This document shows, one piece after another, positions 50,756 to 62,099 of a DNA stretch of 64,000 bases (the first letter of the stretch is position 1; each line of letters opens with the position of its first letter). The position numbers and the translations under genes were made by a program. The stretch spans positions 62,001 through 126,000 of the forward strand of contig NIVC01001163.1 in assembly GCA_002269645.1 (NCBI GenBank), written 5' to 3'. Below the pieces are notes generated by a model. The model did not search any database. It was not told where the DNA came from and saw only the letters and a list, made by a program, of their open reading frames with translations. This stretch comes from Macrostomum lignano. Taxonomy: Eukaryota.

Positions 50756-51644
50756 TTATGGCCACAATTTATGTTCTCCAATTGAATTGACTGCTATGTG
50801 ACGGTGCATAAAGACCACTTGACATTTTTTTATTTTGTCATTTTTCTTTGCATGGCATATTTTTGCAAATCCTTTTTCCCAACATTGTAACCAATGGAAG
50901 GAGCTTATTAGGCATACAAGAAAATTGTTTTTTTGCATTTTTTCAAAGTCTCAAAGGTTTTTGCTTATTACAAGGCTGCCTAACCTTAAATTAATGAACA
51001 TTTATTAGAAAGGACTTTTAAAACTCATGGATAAATGATAGATAAAACAAACTCAATTTAAAAGGGAAAGCTAATATACATTGAAGAATACCATTGTACT
51101 ATTGGAATTATCCAAATTTGCTTAGATTGTTGCCAAATTTGCTTTTGCCAAATTGGTCCATTGTGAATCTTTGTTGGCAAATCTTTTTGTTGCCCAATTG
51201 GTCAGCACCCATTTTTGCCCTTGCTAACAATCTTGGTATACACTTGGTATATAGAATTTTCAGGTTCAATATTAAATGTACATAGTTGACATACAAAAAA
51301 TGGCCAAGTTTAGGCCTAATATATATATTATAGTTAAATATTCACCAATAAAAGCTCTTTGAAAAATAATTGAAAACGAAAATAGAAAAAATTAATGCAA
51401 TTTCTGAGAAAATCACAATTAAAACAAAGAGTTTTTGTTTTTAGCAAAAAATAGTTGTTTCAAAGTTTAGTAAAACTTTTGTATTTTTAAAAGATAGATA
51501 GAAAAGATAGGAAAAAGTCTTAAAAATCTAGAATATTAATCTCTCAGCAAATACTTGAAGTAGAACACTTGTATATTAGCATTTTAACTAGATGAATAAC
51601 AAATGGCTATTTGTCTGGTATTAACTGGAAGATAGTAAGATAGA

Positions 51645-52528
51645 CAGTGTTGGGCACCAGTCCGTTAATAAGCGTTAATCTGTTAATAAGCGTTAATAAG
51701 CGTTAAGATTTTTCATTAACATTAACGGACTGTCGTTAAGATTTTTTTGAACTAACGGATTAACAAATTTGTGTTAAAAAATTTGTGAATTAACGATAAA
51801 TTCATCATTAACAGTAGTGTCTATGTCAATGACCAAAGACACAAAGAAGGAACAAAAAATAGAAGTCTTACAAGAAGTTTAAACATTACAAACGTATTTG
51901 AGCTTACCTATATGCCTAAATATAATCTCTTTATTTATGATGATGATCATACAGACATACATGTAATTAACAACTTCTTACAAATAAACTTCAAAATAAT
52001 GAATTAAAATAGTGTGAAACTTTATTTCTTGCGCGTGAGCATCAATCGCTTTGATTCACTTCTGTCCCAATCTTTCGCAACTTTCTGCTGCGCCTGCTAA
52101 TGGTACTGAAACAACCTTCCTATGCGTATTTAATTATGAATTTCTTGCTATTAGCTTTTAAGTTTCAAATAAAATAAGTTACTTTTTTACCATATGCTTT
52201 ACTTTTAGTAGTATTATGCATGCAAGTTTTTAAAATGATTACTTATTACTTTTTTAGCTTTCAAATCGCTTAGATGACCTCTGTGTTTCGCGAAAAAAAG
52301 ATGGAATAGCAAAGACATGCAATACGAAGTCTGTTTTGGAAAAAAATGTGCAAGATTTCCATATTTTCTATGTTAACTTTAACAGATTAATGCTTATTAA
52401 CAATTATCAGTTAACTTTCAGTTAACTTAATGAAATTAGGAGTTAAAAAGTTAAGATTTTTTTGTTTTAACGCTAATGCTTTTGCTATTAATGGAAGTTA
52501 AGATTTTCATTAATGGTGCCCAACACTG
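51645..52528. mobile_element. Non-autonomous hAT element
   Basis: TIR CAGTGTTGGGCACCA; TSD AAGATAGA/GAGATAGA (7 of 8); CGTTAA subterminal motifs; ends related to 24424..26064. Confidence 0.85.
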
Positions 52529-52874
52529 GAGATAGACTATTTGTCTAGTAACCTAATAAATAGCCATGTCACTATTTATTTAGTCATTGGACAAACAACA
52601 ATTGCCTAAATAATTTATTAAATTATTTTGTTGTTGTTTAAAGGATTATTAGTAGGTACAGATCCAGAAAATGTTTGACTAGGGGGTGCAGATTACTATG
52701 GTATATATTTTTTTATATCATATACATATATATGTACATAGTAATGTATATTTTCTATACAAAAAATAACATTCTTTCTAACTTGATGGGCACACACCCT
52801 GTGCACCTCCTCCCTAAATCTGCCACTGATTATTAGCATATTAAGGCTAGGTTTTTTGTGCATAGAATACCCCT

Positions 52875-53035
52875 TCTAGTTGTTTATGTGTGGAGAGATT
52901 TCAGGTCTTTAGTTGTTTGTGTGGGAGAGATGCCAGGTCTTTAGTTGTTTGTGTGTGGTGTCAGGTCTCTAGTTATTTGTGTGTGGGAGATGTCAGGTCT
53001 CTAGTTGTTTGTGTGGGGAGATGTCAGGTGCTATG
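52875..53035. repeat. About 32-bp tandem repeat, 5 copies, upstream of the PP2C start (probably a 5' UTR intron)
   Basis: TAGTTGTTTGTGTGGGAGAGATG(C/T)CAGGTCT(T/C) units; a likely acceptor ctttcag| at about 53120. Confidence 0.85.
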
Positions 53036-53174
53036 TTCAAGACAGGTATTCGTAGATAATTACCCTCTGGTTAACTATGTAATCTGAAGCAAAAGTTTTG
53101 AATTAAAAAATGCTTTCAGGTCTGCTGAATTGTTACAGCAGTGCCGCAGCTGCAAATACTGAATCTGCTCCGCC

Positions 53175-56100
53175 ATGTTCAAACGCTTGTCAAGCGCTTT
53201 CAAGACCACAGGCTTTGTGGACCTGTCAGCTGCTTCCTCAAATCAGCAGCGTCAGTCAGCAAAAAGTTCAAGCGATCAGCTGAGACCGAGATTTGCCTAC
53301 TGCAGGCCTGACCTGCTTGGCCTGGAGCTTGACGGTGATGACGAACGGAGTCTGGCCTCTGACACCGTTAGTAGGCCCGTGCTGGTGGCTGGGGACCGGA
53401 CCGCCTTGCCAGGATTTGCGGGATATGCTGAGTAAGCACAGCTGGCTTTGTTGCTTTTCGGGCAATGATTAGCTGGCATTTCAGGTGTGCTGGCACTGAT
53501 TAGCTGGCATTTCAGGTTTTGTTAAAAATTGTAGTTAAAGACAACCGATTGTTTCTAGGGCAATCAATGGCGGCAAGACGCAGGTAAACGAGGACCAGAG
53601 CCAGGCGTGCCAGTTTCTGCTGCGCCCGACTGCGCCCAACGGCGAACGAGCGGACGCTCTGCCGGACATTCTCTATGGAGGCGACTGCGTGCTCTCACCG
53701 GAGCAGTACAGCGAAGTGAGCTCGGGCTTGTCTTCGCGTCACTCCCTGTGTCACTCATTGTGTATTGCTTCACTCACTGCGTCACTCCCTGTCACTCACT
53801 GTGTCACTCCCTGTCACTCACTGTGTCACTCCCTGTCATTCACTGCGTCACTCCCTGTCACTCACTGCGTCACTCTCTGTCACTCACTGCGTCACTCCCT
53901 GTCACTCACTGCGTCACTCCCTCTCACTCACTGCGTCACTCACTGCGTCACTCACTGCGTCACTCCCTGTCACTCACTGCGTCACTCCCTCTCACTCACT
54001 GCGTCACTCCCTGTCACTCACTGCGTCACTCCCTGTCACTCACTGCGTCACTCCCTGTCACTCACTGCGTCACTCCCTGTCACTCACTGCGTCACTCCCT
54101 CTCACTCACTGCGTCACTCCCTGTCACTCACTGCGTCACTCCCTGTCACTCACTGCGTCACTCCCTCTCACTCACTGCGTCACTCCCTGTCACTCACTGC
54201 GTCACTCCCTGTCACTCACTGCGTCACTCCCTCTCACTCACTGCGTCACTCCCTGTCACTCACTGCGTCACGCCTACCAACGCAACCCGCAGCTGCTGCG
54301 CGCCTCCCCGGACTGCCTGCTGGCCACCTACTTTGCGATGTTCGACGGTCACGCCGGAGACGGCGCGGCCACCTATGCTAAACAGCTGCTGCAGCTTCAC
54401 CTTCGGGTAGGATGGCTGTGCCGTTTGCCTGTCCTAGCTGGCGCCTATTTTACTCACTTCAATACATGCGCAGCACTTGCAAACCCGCAGGAAAAACTCA
54501 TGCAAGTTTACCCGCTACTGTTGGAGCGGATCAACAAGCCCTCCAGCGAGACTCCGGCCGCAGCACCGGCACAGAATGGCGGCGACTCGGCCTTTATTCA
54601 CCAGCCCGACAGTCTGACTGTCAGCTTTGACCAGCTGGTTATTGGCGCTCTGGAGTCCGCCTTCATTGGCTTGGTAAATAGCCTGTGCTTAATATCACTT
54701 GTCCTTGTTCACCCTGTTTGTTCTCGCTCACTAGTTAGTAAATTTCTTTGTTTCTAAACAACTGCAACACAGGACGATCAAATCTGCCGGGAGCGAACCA
54801 CCTACCGCATCACCGGCGGCTGCACCGCTCTTGTGCTGCTGTTCCTGGCCGATCGGCTGTACGTTGCCAATGCCGGCGATACTCGGTGCGTGCCTGCCTG
54901 CTGTGTCACCCTCTGTTTCACAATCACTACCTTCCTCCCATCCCCACCTGTCTCTTTATCTCCCCCTTCCTCCCATCCCCACCCGTCTCTTTATCTCCCC
55001 CTTCCTCTCCCCCTTCATCTCCTCCCCTTTCATCCCCCCCTTGATCTTCCCTTCTTCTCCTTCATCCCCTCCCCCTTCATCACCTCCCTTTCATCTCCTT
55101 CCACTTCTCCTTCTCCTTCATCTCCCCTTCATCTACTCCCCCTTCTCCTTCTCATTCAATCCTCCCCCTTCATCTCCTCCCCCTTCTCCTTCTCCATCTA
55201 CTTTCTTTCCCTTCATCTCCCACTTCTCCTTCCCCTTATCTCCTCCCCTTTTATCTCCCCCCTTCATCTCCCTTCATCTCTTTCGCCTTCCCATTCTTCC
55301 CCAGCCTGTACTGCGCCGCAGCAGCTCATAGCCACCCAAATTCGCACTTGTCCCAGAGCGGTCCTGTGCCAGCGCACCGGGTCGGCGCAGCCGCTGTCAG
55401 TGGACCTGACGCCCTACAACGACCGGGAACGGCTGCAGCTGATCGCCAGCCACCACCCGGAGCTGTTGCACAAGGAGTTCTGCGCTCTGCAGTTCGCTCG
55501 CCGACTGGGCAGGCGGGACTTGGGTGAACGGGTTCTGTGCAGACACGGTTGCATGCAGGGATGGTGAGCTGGAGCAGCGCTTGGGTCGTGTCAGACTTGT
55601 TTTCTCTCCTTACCCTCATAAATCGGCCTTCACACCCAAGAGTCTCCATTCACCCTCAAGAATCACCATGCACCTTCGAGAATCGCCATTCACCCTCAAG
55701 AACCGCCATTCACCCTCAAGAACCGCCATTCACCCTCGAAAATCGCCATTCACCCTCAAGAATCGCCATGCACCTTCGAGAATCGCCATTCACCCTCAAG
55801 AACCGCCATTCACCCTCAAAAACCGCCATTCACCCTCGAAAATCGCCATTCACCCTCGAGAATCGCCATGCACCTTCGAGAATCGCCATTCACCCTCAAG
55901 AACCGCCATTCACCCTCAAGAACCGCCATTCACCCTCGAAAATCGCCATTCACCCTCGAGAATCGCCATGCACCTTCGAGAATCGCCATTCACCCTCAAG
56001 AACCGCCATTCACCCTCAAGAACCGCCATTCACCCTCGAAAATCGCCATTCACCCTCGAGAATCGCCATGCACCTTCGAGAATCGCCATTCACCCTCAAG

Positions 56101-58970
56101 AACCGCCATTCACCCTCAAGAACCGCCATTCACCCTCGAAAATCGCCATTCACCCTCAAGAATCGCCATGCACCTTCGAGAATCGCCATTCACCCTCAAG
56201 AACCGCCATTCACCCTCAAGAACCGCCATTCACCCTCGAAAATCGCCATTCACCCTCGAGAATCGCCATGCACCTTCGAGAATCGCCATTCACCCTCAAG
56301 AACCGCCATTCACGCTCAAGAACCGCCATTCACCCTCAAGAACCGCCATTCACCCTCGAAAATCGCCATTCACCCTCGAGAATCGCCATGCACCCACGAG
56401 AATCGCCATTCATCCTCCAAAATTGCCATTCACCCTCGAAAATCGCCATTCACGCTCGAGAATCGCCATGCACACCCAAGAATCGCAATGCACACTCAAG
56501 AATCGTTATTCACCCTTGAGAATCGCCATTCACAAACTGCTCGAACATAATCATCATTGGCAGGCATTACAAAACTGTGACTGAAGAGGATCTGCTGTTT
56601 CCGCTCATTGTTGGGGACGAGAAAAAGGCGAGTAAATAGAAAGTTGAAGAATGATTGATTGTGCTCGCTTCAAAAAAATTGTTTGAATATAGCTTTAAAT
56701 AATGAAATTTTCGCCATTGAATCGTCTCGCGCAAAACGCGTAATAACTGCCCTATTAACTTGCCTCTGTGCGAGCACCCGAAATCGGAAATCCTACAATC
56801 GCCCCAACTAATCTGCAAGCGCAAAAGCCTGGCTCTAACAGTTGCCACCCGCCGCCACGCTGCAGTCCCGCCTGCTGGCCACAATAGGCGTCGCCCGCGG
56901 CTTCGGCGATCACGACCTGCGCGTGTTCGACTCGCCAATTCAGTTGAAACCTTTTCTGAGCTGCGTGCCTCAGGTGACAGTTGTACAGACTGCTGAGCAA
57001 GACGGCTGCGAAGATGTGCTTGTCATGGCAACAGATGGTCTATGGGACGTGATCAGTTGCGAGGCGGTCGCCAAGACGGTGCAGAGCTGCCTGAATCAAG
57101 CCCGAGAAGCCGCGACTGCGGCTAATAGGTGAGGCGGCCGCTGTGCGGTCTGGGGCCCTGGTCAGTCTTTTAAAATAAGGTTTAAAATAACATTTTTTGT
57201 GGAAGCAACATAGTGTCAAACTAATTTCCTGGGATTTGAGATCGTTGCTGCACTGACCGTCTTGGGGGTGTATGCGTGTCCTTGCAGTCCAGCAGGTGAC
57301 ATCGTAAAGGTGATACTTAAGCTGCCTCTGCGCTAGGTGAGCCTACCAGCGAAGGGAGCCAATAAATAGACCACCTGGAAGGCATCATGCCTCAGAAGCT
57401 GGTATCCTGCCAGTAAGACCCACCTGGAATTCGAGGATCCTAGGCTTATGAGATATGTTCAGAGTGTTGCGCTGCTTCCCGAGTTCTTGATGATGTACCT
57501 AAATTTGAACTCGATGCTCCGGAAGTAGCTAGATAGTACCGTTGTACTACCTATCGATTTGCCTGTGAAAACCTAAAACGTTAGCCTTAGACTTGGTAGG
57601 GTTGCTGCCACCTTGGTTTGCGGACTCGACGCGTCCGTAACCTGAAATAAAATAACGAAGTCGCTTGGAGCAAGGCAAATCTGAAAATGTCTCGACAGTT
57701 TGATCGTTTCTAAAATAGCTGCTAGAACCTGAAAAACCTGAAATCCTGAAATGAGAGATGAGTGCTCGGAGGCAGAGAAGCAGCTCCGGACGAGGCCCAA
57801 GCGCGGCGGCAAGGATGCAAGGTCTGGGGAAAAACGGCTCCCAGATGCTCTGTATTTATAGCCGATCGGACCCCCAAAAGTCGTGAGTCTCAAGGGGTTG
57901 AGCGCGTGAAACTTCCTTATTTGAGCCTCGAGTCATGCAAGAGATGCGTGACTCAAGGCCAACTTCCAAATAAGGTAACCCTGTCACGCCGCCGTGGCGT
58001 GACTCAAGGTCAGCTGCCACGCACAACTAGCGTGCAGTCACGTGCTTTTCTGTGCTAAAAATAGATTTGGGCGGATGAGTCATCCTGTTTACTCCCTCTA
58101 GACAGCCATTACACTCAGGGCAGGTGATAAGTCATCCTGCTATGCCTCCTCAGCGCGGGTGGGAAGACATTGTGTGTGGCTGCCCACGCCTGCTCGGGCG
58201 ATGAGTCATCGGGAAGTAAACACTCAGGCCCAGCACAGGGTAACTCTCTCTCTAGGTCAGGTGGACTGAGCTGCTGTGCAGCGGAACACAGAGCTCTTAA
58301 GGAAAGCTAGTGAATGCTGCTGAAAAGCCAGTTAGCAGCCAGTCACTACAAGAGCTCTGGTTGATAGGCTGTCACCAAAAGCCTAGAATTAGACCAATTA
58401 ATTGTTCGCTACTCCCCTAGAGTAATAACTCATTGGATGCCAAGAGTAAGTTGTGAGTATAATCTCCTAGACGGCCCCTCTCTCTTCAGCCGATCCGCTC
58501 CGGCACAGGGAATCCCGTTTGTTTCCAGTGGGTCACACTGCAGGGTACCAGCTTCTGGGGCGCGAAGCCAGACCAGGTGGTCCCTTTACCAGCTCCCTGC
58601 ACGGGTAGGTGAGCAGGCACACGCTCACACAGACTTAATAATTGTGTTTGGGTGTGCAAGCGACTTATTCTATTTATTCTATTCTTACTACTAGCCCCAT
58701 TCTTCGAGTAGCCAGTTGAGGTTTTCTGTTTACAATTGTTTACAGCCAGAGCGCATCTATTCCAGCCTGACCATTGTCGCCCAAGAGCTGGTCGGAGCTG
58801 CACGAGGCGCCTGGCAGAAGCCGGAGCGACCCGGTGGCGGGGGCGGCGGCAGCTGGCGACTCCCAGACGGCGAGCAGGCGTCAGTTGACGACATTTCCTG
58901 CTTTGTGATCCCGCTGGATCTGCACAGCCGGCTGTCTCGAGCTGAGCGGCAGGAGGACGGACAGTATTGA
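53175..58970 (+). CDS. PPM1H: PP2C-family phosphatase, PPM1H/J/M subfamily; join(53175..53431,53559..53715,54293..54406,54491..54673,54773..54885,55357..55563,56564..56627,56866..57128,58766..58970), about 520 aa
   Basis: GYAE|AINGGKTQVNEDQ; YFAMFDGHAG; GGCTAL...LYVANAGDTR|AVLC; W|HYKTVTEEDLLFPLIVGDEKK|SRLLATIGVARGFGDHDL; VLVMATDGLWDV; DDISCFVIPL. All junction phases are consistent. Confidence 0.93.
53735..54270. repeat. 22-bp minisatellite, about 24 copies, in PP2C intron 2
   Basis: Unit CACTCACTGCGTCACTCCCTGT (CTCT variant). Confidence 0.96.
54930..55305. repeat. C/T-rich low-complexity tract in PP2C intron 5
   Basis: Near-pure pyrimidine sequence of CTCCCC/CTTCATC units. Confidence 0.9.
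55641..56532. repeat. 20-bp minisatellite (about 44 monomers) with a 100-bp higher-order repeat, in PP2C intron 6
   Basis: Monomer AA(T/C)CGCCATTCACCCTC(A/G)A(G/A); variant ATGCACCTTCGAG recurs every 100 bp from 55661 to 56261. Confidence 0.96.
57300..58620. mobile_element. Unclassified insertion in PP2C intron 8 with diverged inverted terminal blocks and an antisense promoter-like core
   Basis: 57340..57440 is a diverged reverse complement of 58500..58612; minus-strand TATAAATA at about 57853..57860; TGACTCA/TGAGTCA sites at about 57949, 58000, 58076 and 58202. Confidence 0.5.
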
Positions 58971-59359
58971 ATTATCAGCATTCCATATTGTGCTGCGATG
59001 AAGTACTTACTCGAGATTCCAGAGTTTATGTTTCTATTCCGGATATCTCTACATACATTACTAGATTATTTACTAGCACACACGCTTTTAGTGCTGATTG
59101 CATTACTTGCGTTTATTCGCATATAATATTAGCATGCTTTTATCAGCGATTAGAATTGGAATATTGTTGGATTATATCTTGTCACATGGTTAAACTGTGA
59201 TCATTTCTCTGTATGAAACTTATACAGATTTGCTGAGACAATAATAACTAGTATTCTATTTCAACTGCTACGCTGAACTTGTCTTTCATTTATATTTCTT
59301 TCTTCCCTTCGATTTCACGTTAATAAATATGCTGTTTTAGCTGTGTGCAGGTTGCTCTA

Positions 59360-59850
59360 AGGGTGAGGTGGGTGCAGGGGTGAGTTAGGAGCAGGGGTGA
59401 GTTGGGAGCAGGGGTGAGTTTGGAGCAGGTTGAGGTGGGTGCAGGGGTGAGTTAGGAGCAGGGTGAGATGGGTTCATTAGGGAAATGGGAGCAGGGGTGA
59501 GGTGGGTTTATTGGTGAAGTGAGAGCAGGGGTGAGTTAGGAGCAGGGTGAGGTGGATGCAGGGATGAGGTGGGTGCAGGGGTGAGTTAGGAGCAGGGTGA
59601 GATGGGTTCATTAGGGAAATGGGAGCAGGGGTGAGGTGGGTTTATTGGTGAAATGAGAGCAGGGGTGAGTTAGGAGCAGGGTGAGGTGGATGCAGGGATG
59701 AGGTGGGTGCAGGGGTGAGGTGAGTTTAGAGCAGGGTGAGGTGGGTGCAGGCAGGGGTGAGGTGGATGCAGGGGTGAGGTGGGAGCAGGGTGAGGTGGGT
59801 GCAGGGTGAGGTGGGTGCAGGGGTGAGTTTGGAGCAGGTTGAGGTGATTG
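59360..59850. repeat. G-rich GGGTGAGGTGGGTGCAG-type repeat with an internal duplication of about 134 bp, upstream of EMC6
   Basis: GGGTGAGATGGGTTCATTAGGG at both 59461 and 59595. Confidence 0.9.
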
Positions 59851-59883
59851 CAGGGTCACGCAAGCCCTCACTGACCCGCAGCA

Positions 59884-60285
59884 ATGGACCCATCTGGCAC
59901 GTACTCGCCCCCGAGCGCGGAGGCAGCGAAGCGTGCAGGTCATCAGGGTGGCACCCCAGCCGGGCCGCACCAGGGCAGTCCCGGTTCCGCTCTGAATGGC
60001 GCAGCCCTGCAGCACAACGCCTTCCTGCTAACGTACTGCCGCACAGCCCTGGCCGCAGTGTCGGGCTGCACGGCCGGCATTCTGGGCCTGACCGGTCTGC
60101 TGGGCTTCGCATTCTACATGCTGGCGAGCGGCTACCTGTCCTGCCTGCTGCTCGCCAAGGCGGGCCGGGCCAGGTGGCGGTATTTTCCCTCGGCCTGGGC
60201 TCTGGCCTCCTCCGGCGTTATGGGCGAGCTCATCACCTACATCACGTTCTGGACTTTCCTATACGGAATGGTGCATGTGTACTGA
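59884..60285 (+). CDS. EMC6: ER membrane protein complex subunit 6 (TMEM93), 133 aa, single coding exon
   Basis: [36 protein letters not shown] and the family-typical C-terminus [16 protein letters not shown]. Confidence 0.96.
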   Translation: MDPSGTYSPPSAEAAKRAGHQGGTPAGPHQGSPGSALNGAALQHNAFLLTYCRTALAAVSGCTAGILGLTGLLGFAFYMLASGYLSCLLLAKAGRARWRYFPSAWALASSGVMGELITYITFWTFLYGMVHVY

Positions 60286-62099
60286 CACTGGCGGCAATTC
60301 GTTATTATTCATAGCTTGCTAGTAGTCAATGTTTCTGCGTTATTGTTTCGTTGTCAGTTTGCATGCCCACTGGCTTTGGTGCACTTATCGGTAGGGGTTT
60401 CTAATTGTTATTAAACGGGGTGCCGTAAGGCGCGGATCAGCCTAGTCAAGGGCCCTACCAACGAGAATAGGGGTGGGTCTTCAAAGGCGAGAGGTTTGGG
60501 GTCCTCACTGCGAAGCTCTTTATTATTTGCCAAAGGCCTGGCATCACCAAGCCGCTTAGTGCACCTGCTCCGATCTCCTCAGAGATCTAACTACCAGTAC
60601 TTCTGGGGCACAAGGGCTGACCAGGTGGTCCATTTACCAGCTCCTTTCGCATGTAGCTTCGCCTAGCGCAATGGCAGCTCAAAGCAGCGATGCAAGATGG
60701 TCGGCCAGGCGGCCCCAGGTCGCACCACAGCCCTCCAGGATTAGTGCACCCATAAACAACCTCAGATACAGACCGCCTTCACGATCTCTAATTGCTGAAA
60801 ACTGGGGACTCTGAAACTTCTTTATGGCCCATTTATCAACGGATTCTCATGCCTCAGCACCAAGCATTGTCCATAGGGTTGTTAGTCACGCTGCTCACTT
60901 TGAAACTCTGCTCTGTTCGTAATTATAAGATTAGCGACGCGGTCGGCTATAAATCAGCTACCATTGACAGCTACCATTGGTGGTGATTGACATTATCAAC
61001 CAATAGCTAGCTCAACGCAAGTGCAGTGCAGTTCGACTTTTTAATTTTAACTAGCGCCATCCCATAAAAAAGTTGTACAATTGTACATGTACTCGTATAT
61101 AGTCATAGAAGAGCAATTGATCTAAAAAATACATTTCATTATGGCAAATCGATCCAAGAGATCGAGCCTGCACTGTGTACTGCACACCGCGATGCGCTCG
61201 CTGTATTATGTGTCTCTTGATGCTGCTGGTGCGACTCGAGGGCGAATGAATAATAATTATTTATTGTACAACCGGATAATTATTAATAATCAATTAATTT
61301 AGGCTTTGTTAGGCAGCCGCGGAAGCGCGGCTTGTCAAAAATTGAGTAGATCGCTCAATTGGATCCACGCGGTGTCTTACCATGCAAAATATTGAGTCTT
61401 CGCAGTAAGAGACCGTCAAAACGGCAAATTCGTTAATAATAGAGTGGAATTCGTTAATAAGTTTGCCACGGGAGTGTCAAGCAGACAGCTTCCGGGCCAC
61501 GCGTCAGCCGTTTTAAAATTGGCTCTTGCGCCTGTTTATTTAAAATAGTAATTTGGCGGTGTAAAAGACTGAGGTTAGACTGCATTGGTACTGCAGGGTA
61601 GTAAAACAGGTGCAAGAATACAGTAGTAAAATTAAGGTGCAATAAATGTAGAGCATTTAAAATGGAGAGCATAAGTCAATAGAGATTACATTAATTGAAA
61701 AAGTAAATTAAATTGAGTAGATGCAATGAAAGTATAAGTTAATAAAGTAAAACAAATATATAAAAGATGAGTAAAACTGGTGCATGAAGCTAAAACTAAA
61801 AAAGATGTGCAGAAATACCGTATGGGAGGAAGGCTCACAAAGAAGGCATCACAAAGTAAAAAAATAGGGCATCTGCAGGGTGGGGTGATTCGCTCAGGTT
61901 GCGGATCTAATTAGACTGGGGAGTAGACAATCCTGTGCCATAATTGGCCAGCCCGGACCCTAGGTCCCAGCAGTGCCCAGGCGGAATTATGAGCCTTCCT
62001 CCCTTACACAAGAGGACGCGCATTTATAGAATAATAGGGTGTAAATTGTCGCAGTTAGAAGAGCGTTAGCCAGTTGGCAATAGAAAGGCACTGTAAAAG

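Noticed and set aside
53607-56584. Several 230-340 aa His/Ser/Pro-rich ORFs
   Set aside because: Read-through of PP2C intronic arrays.
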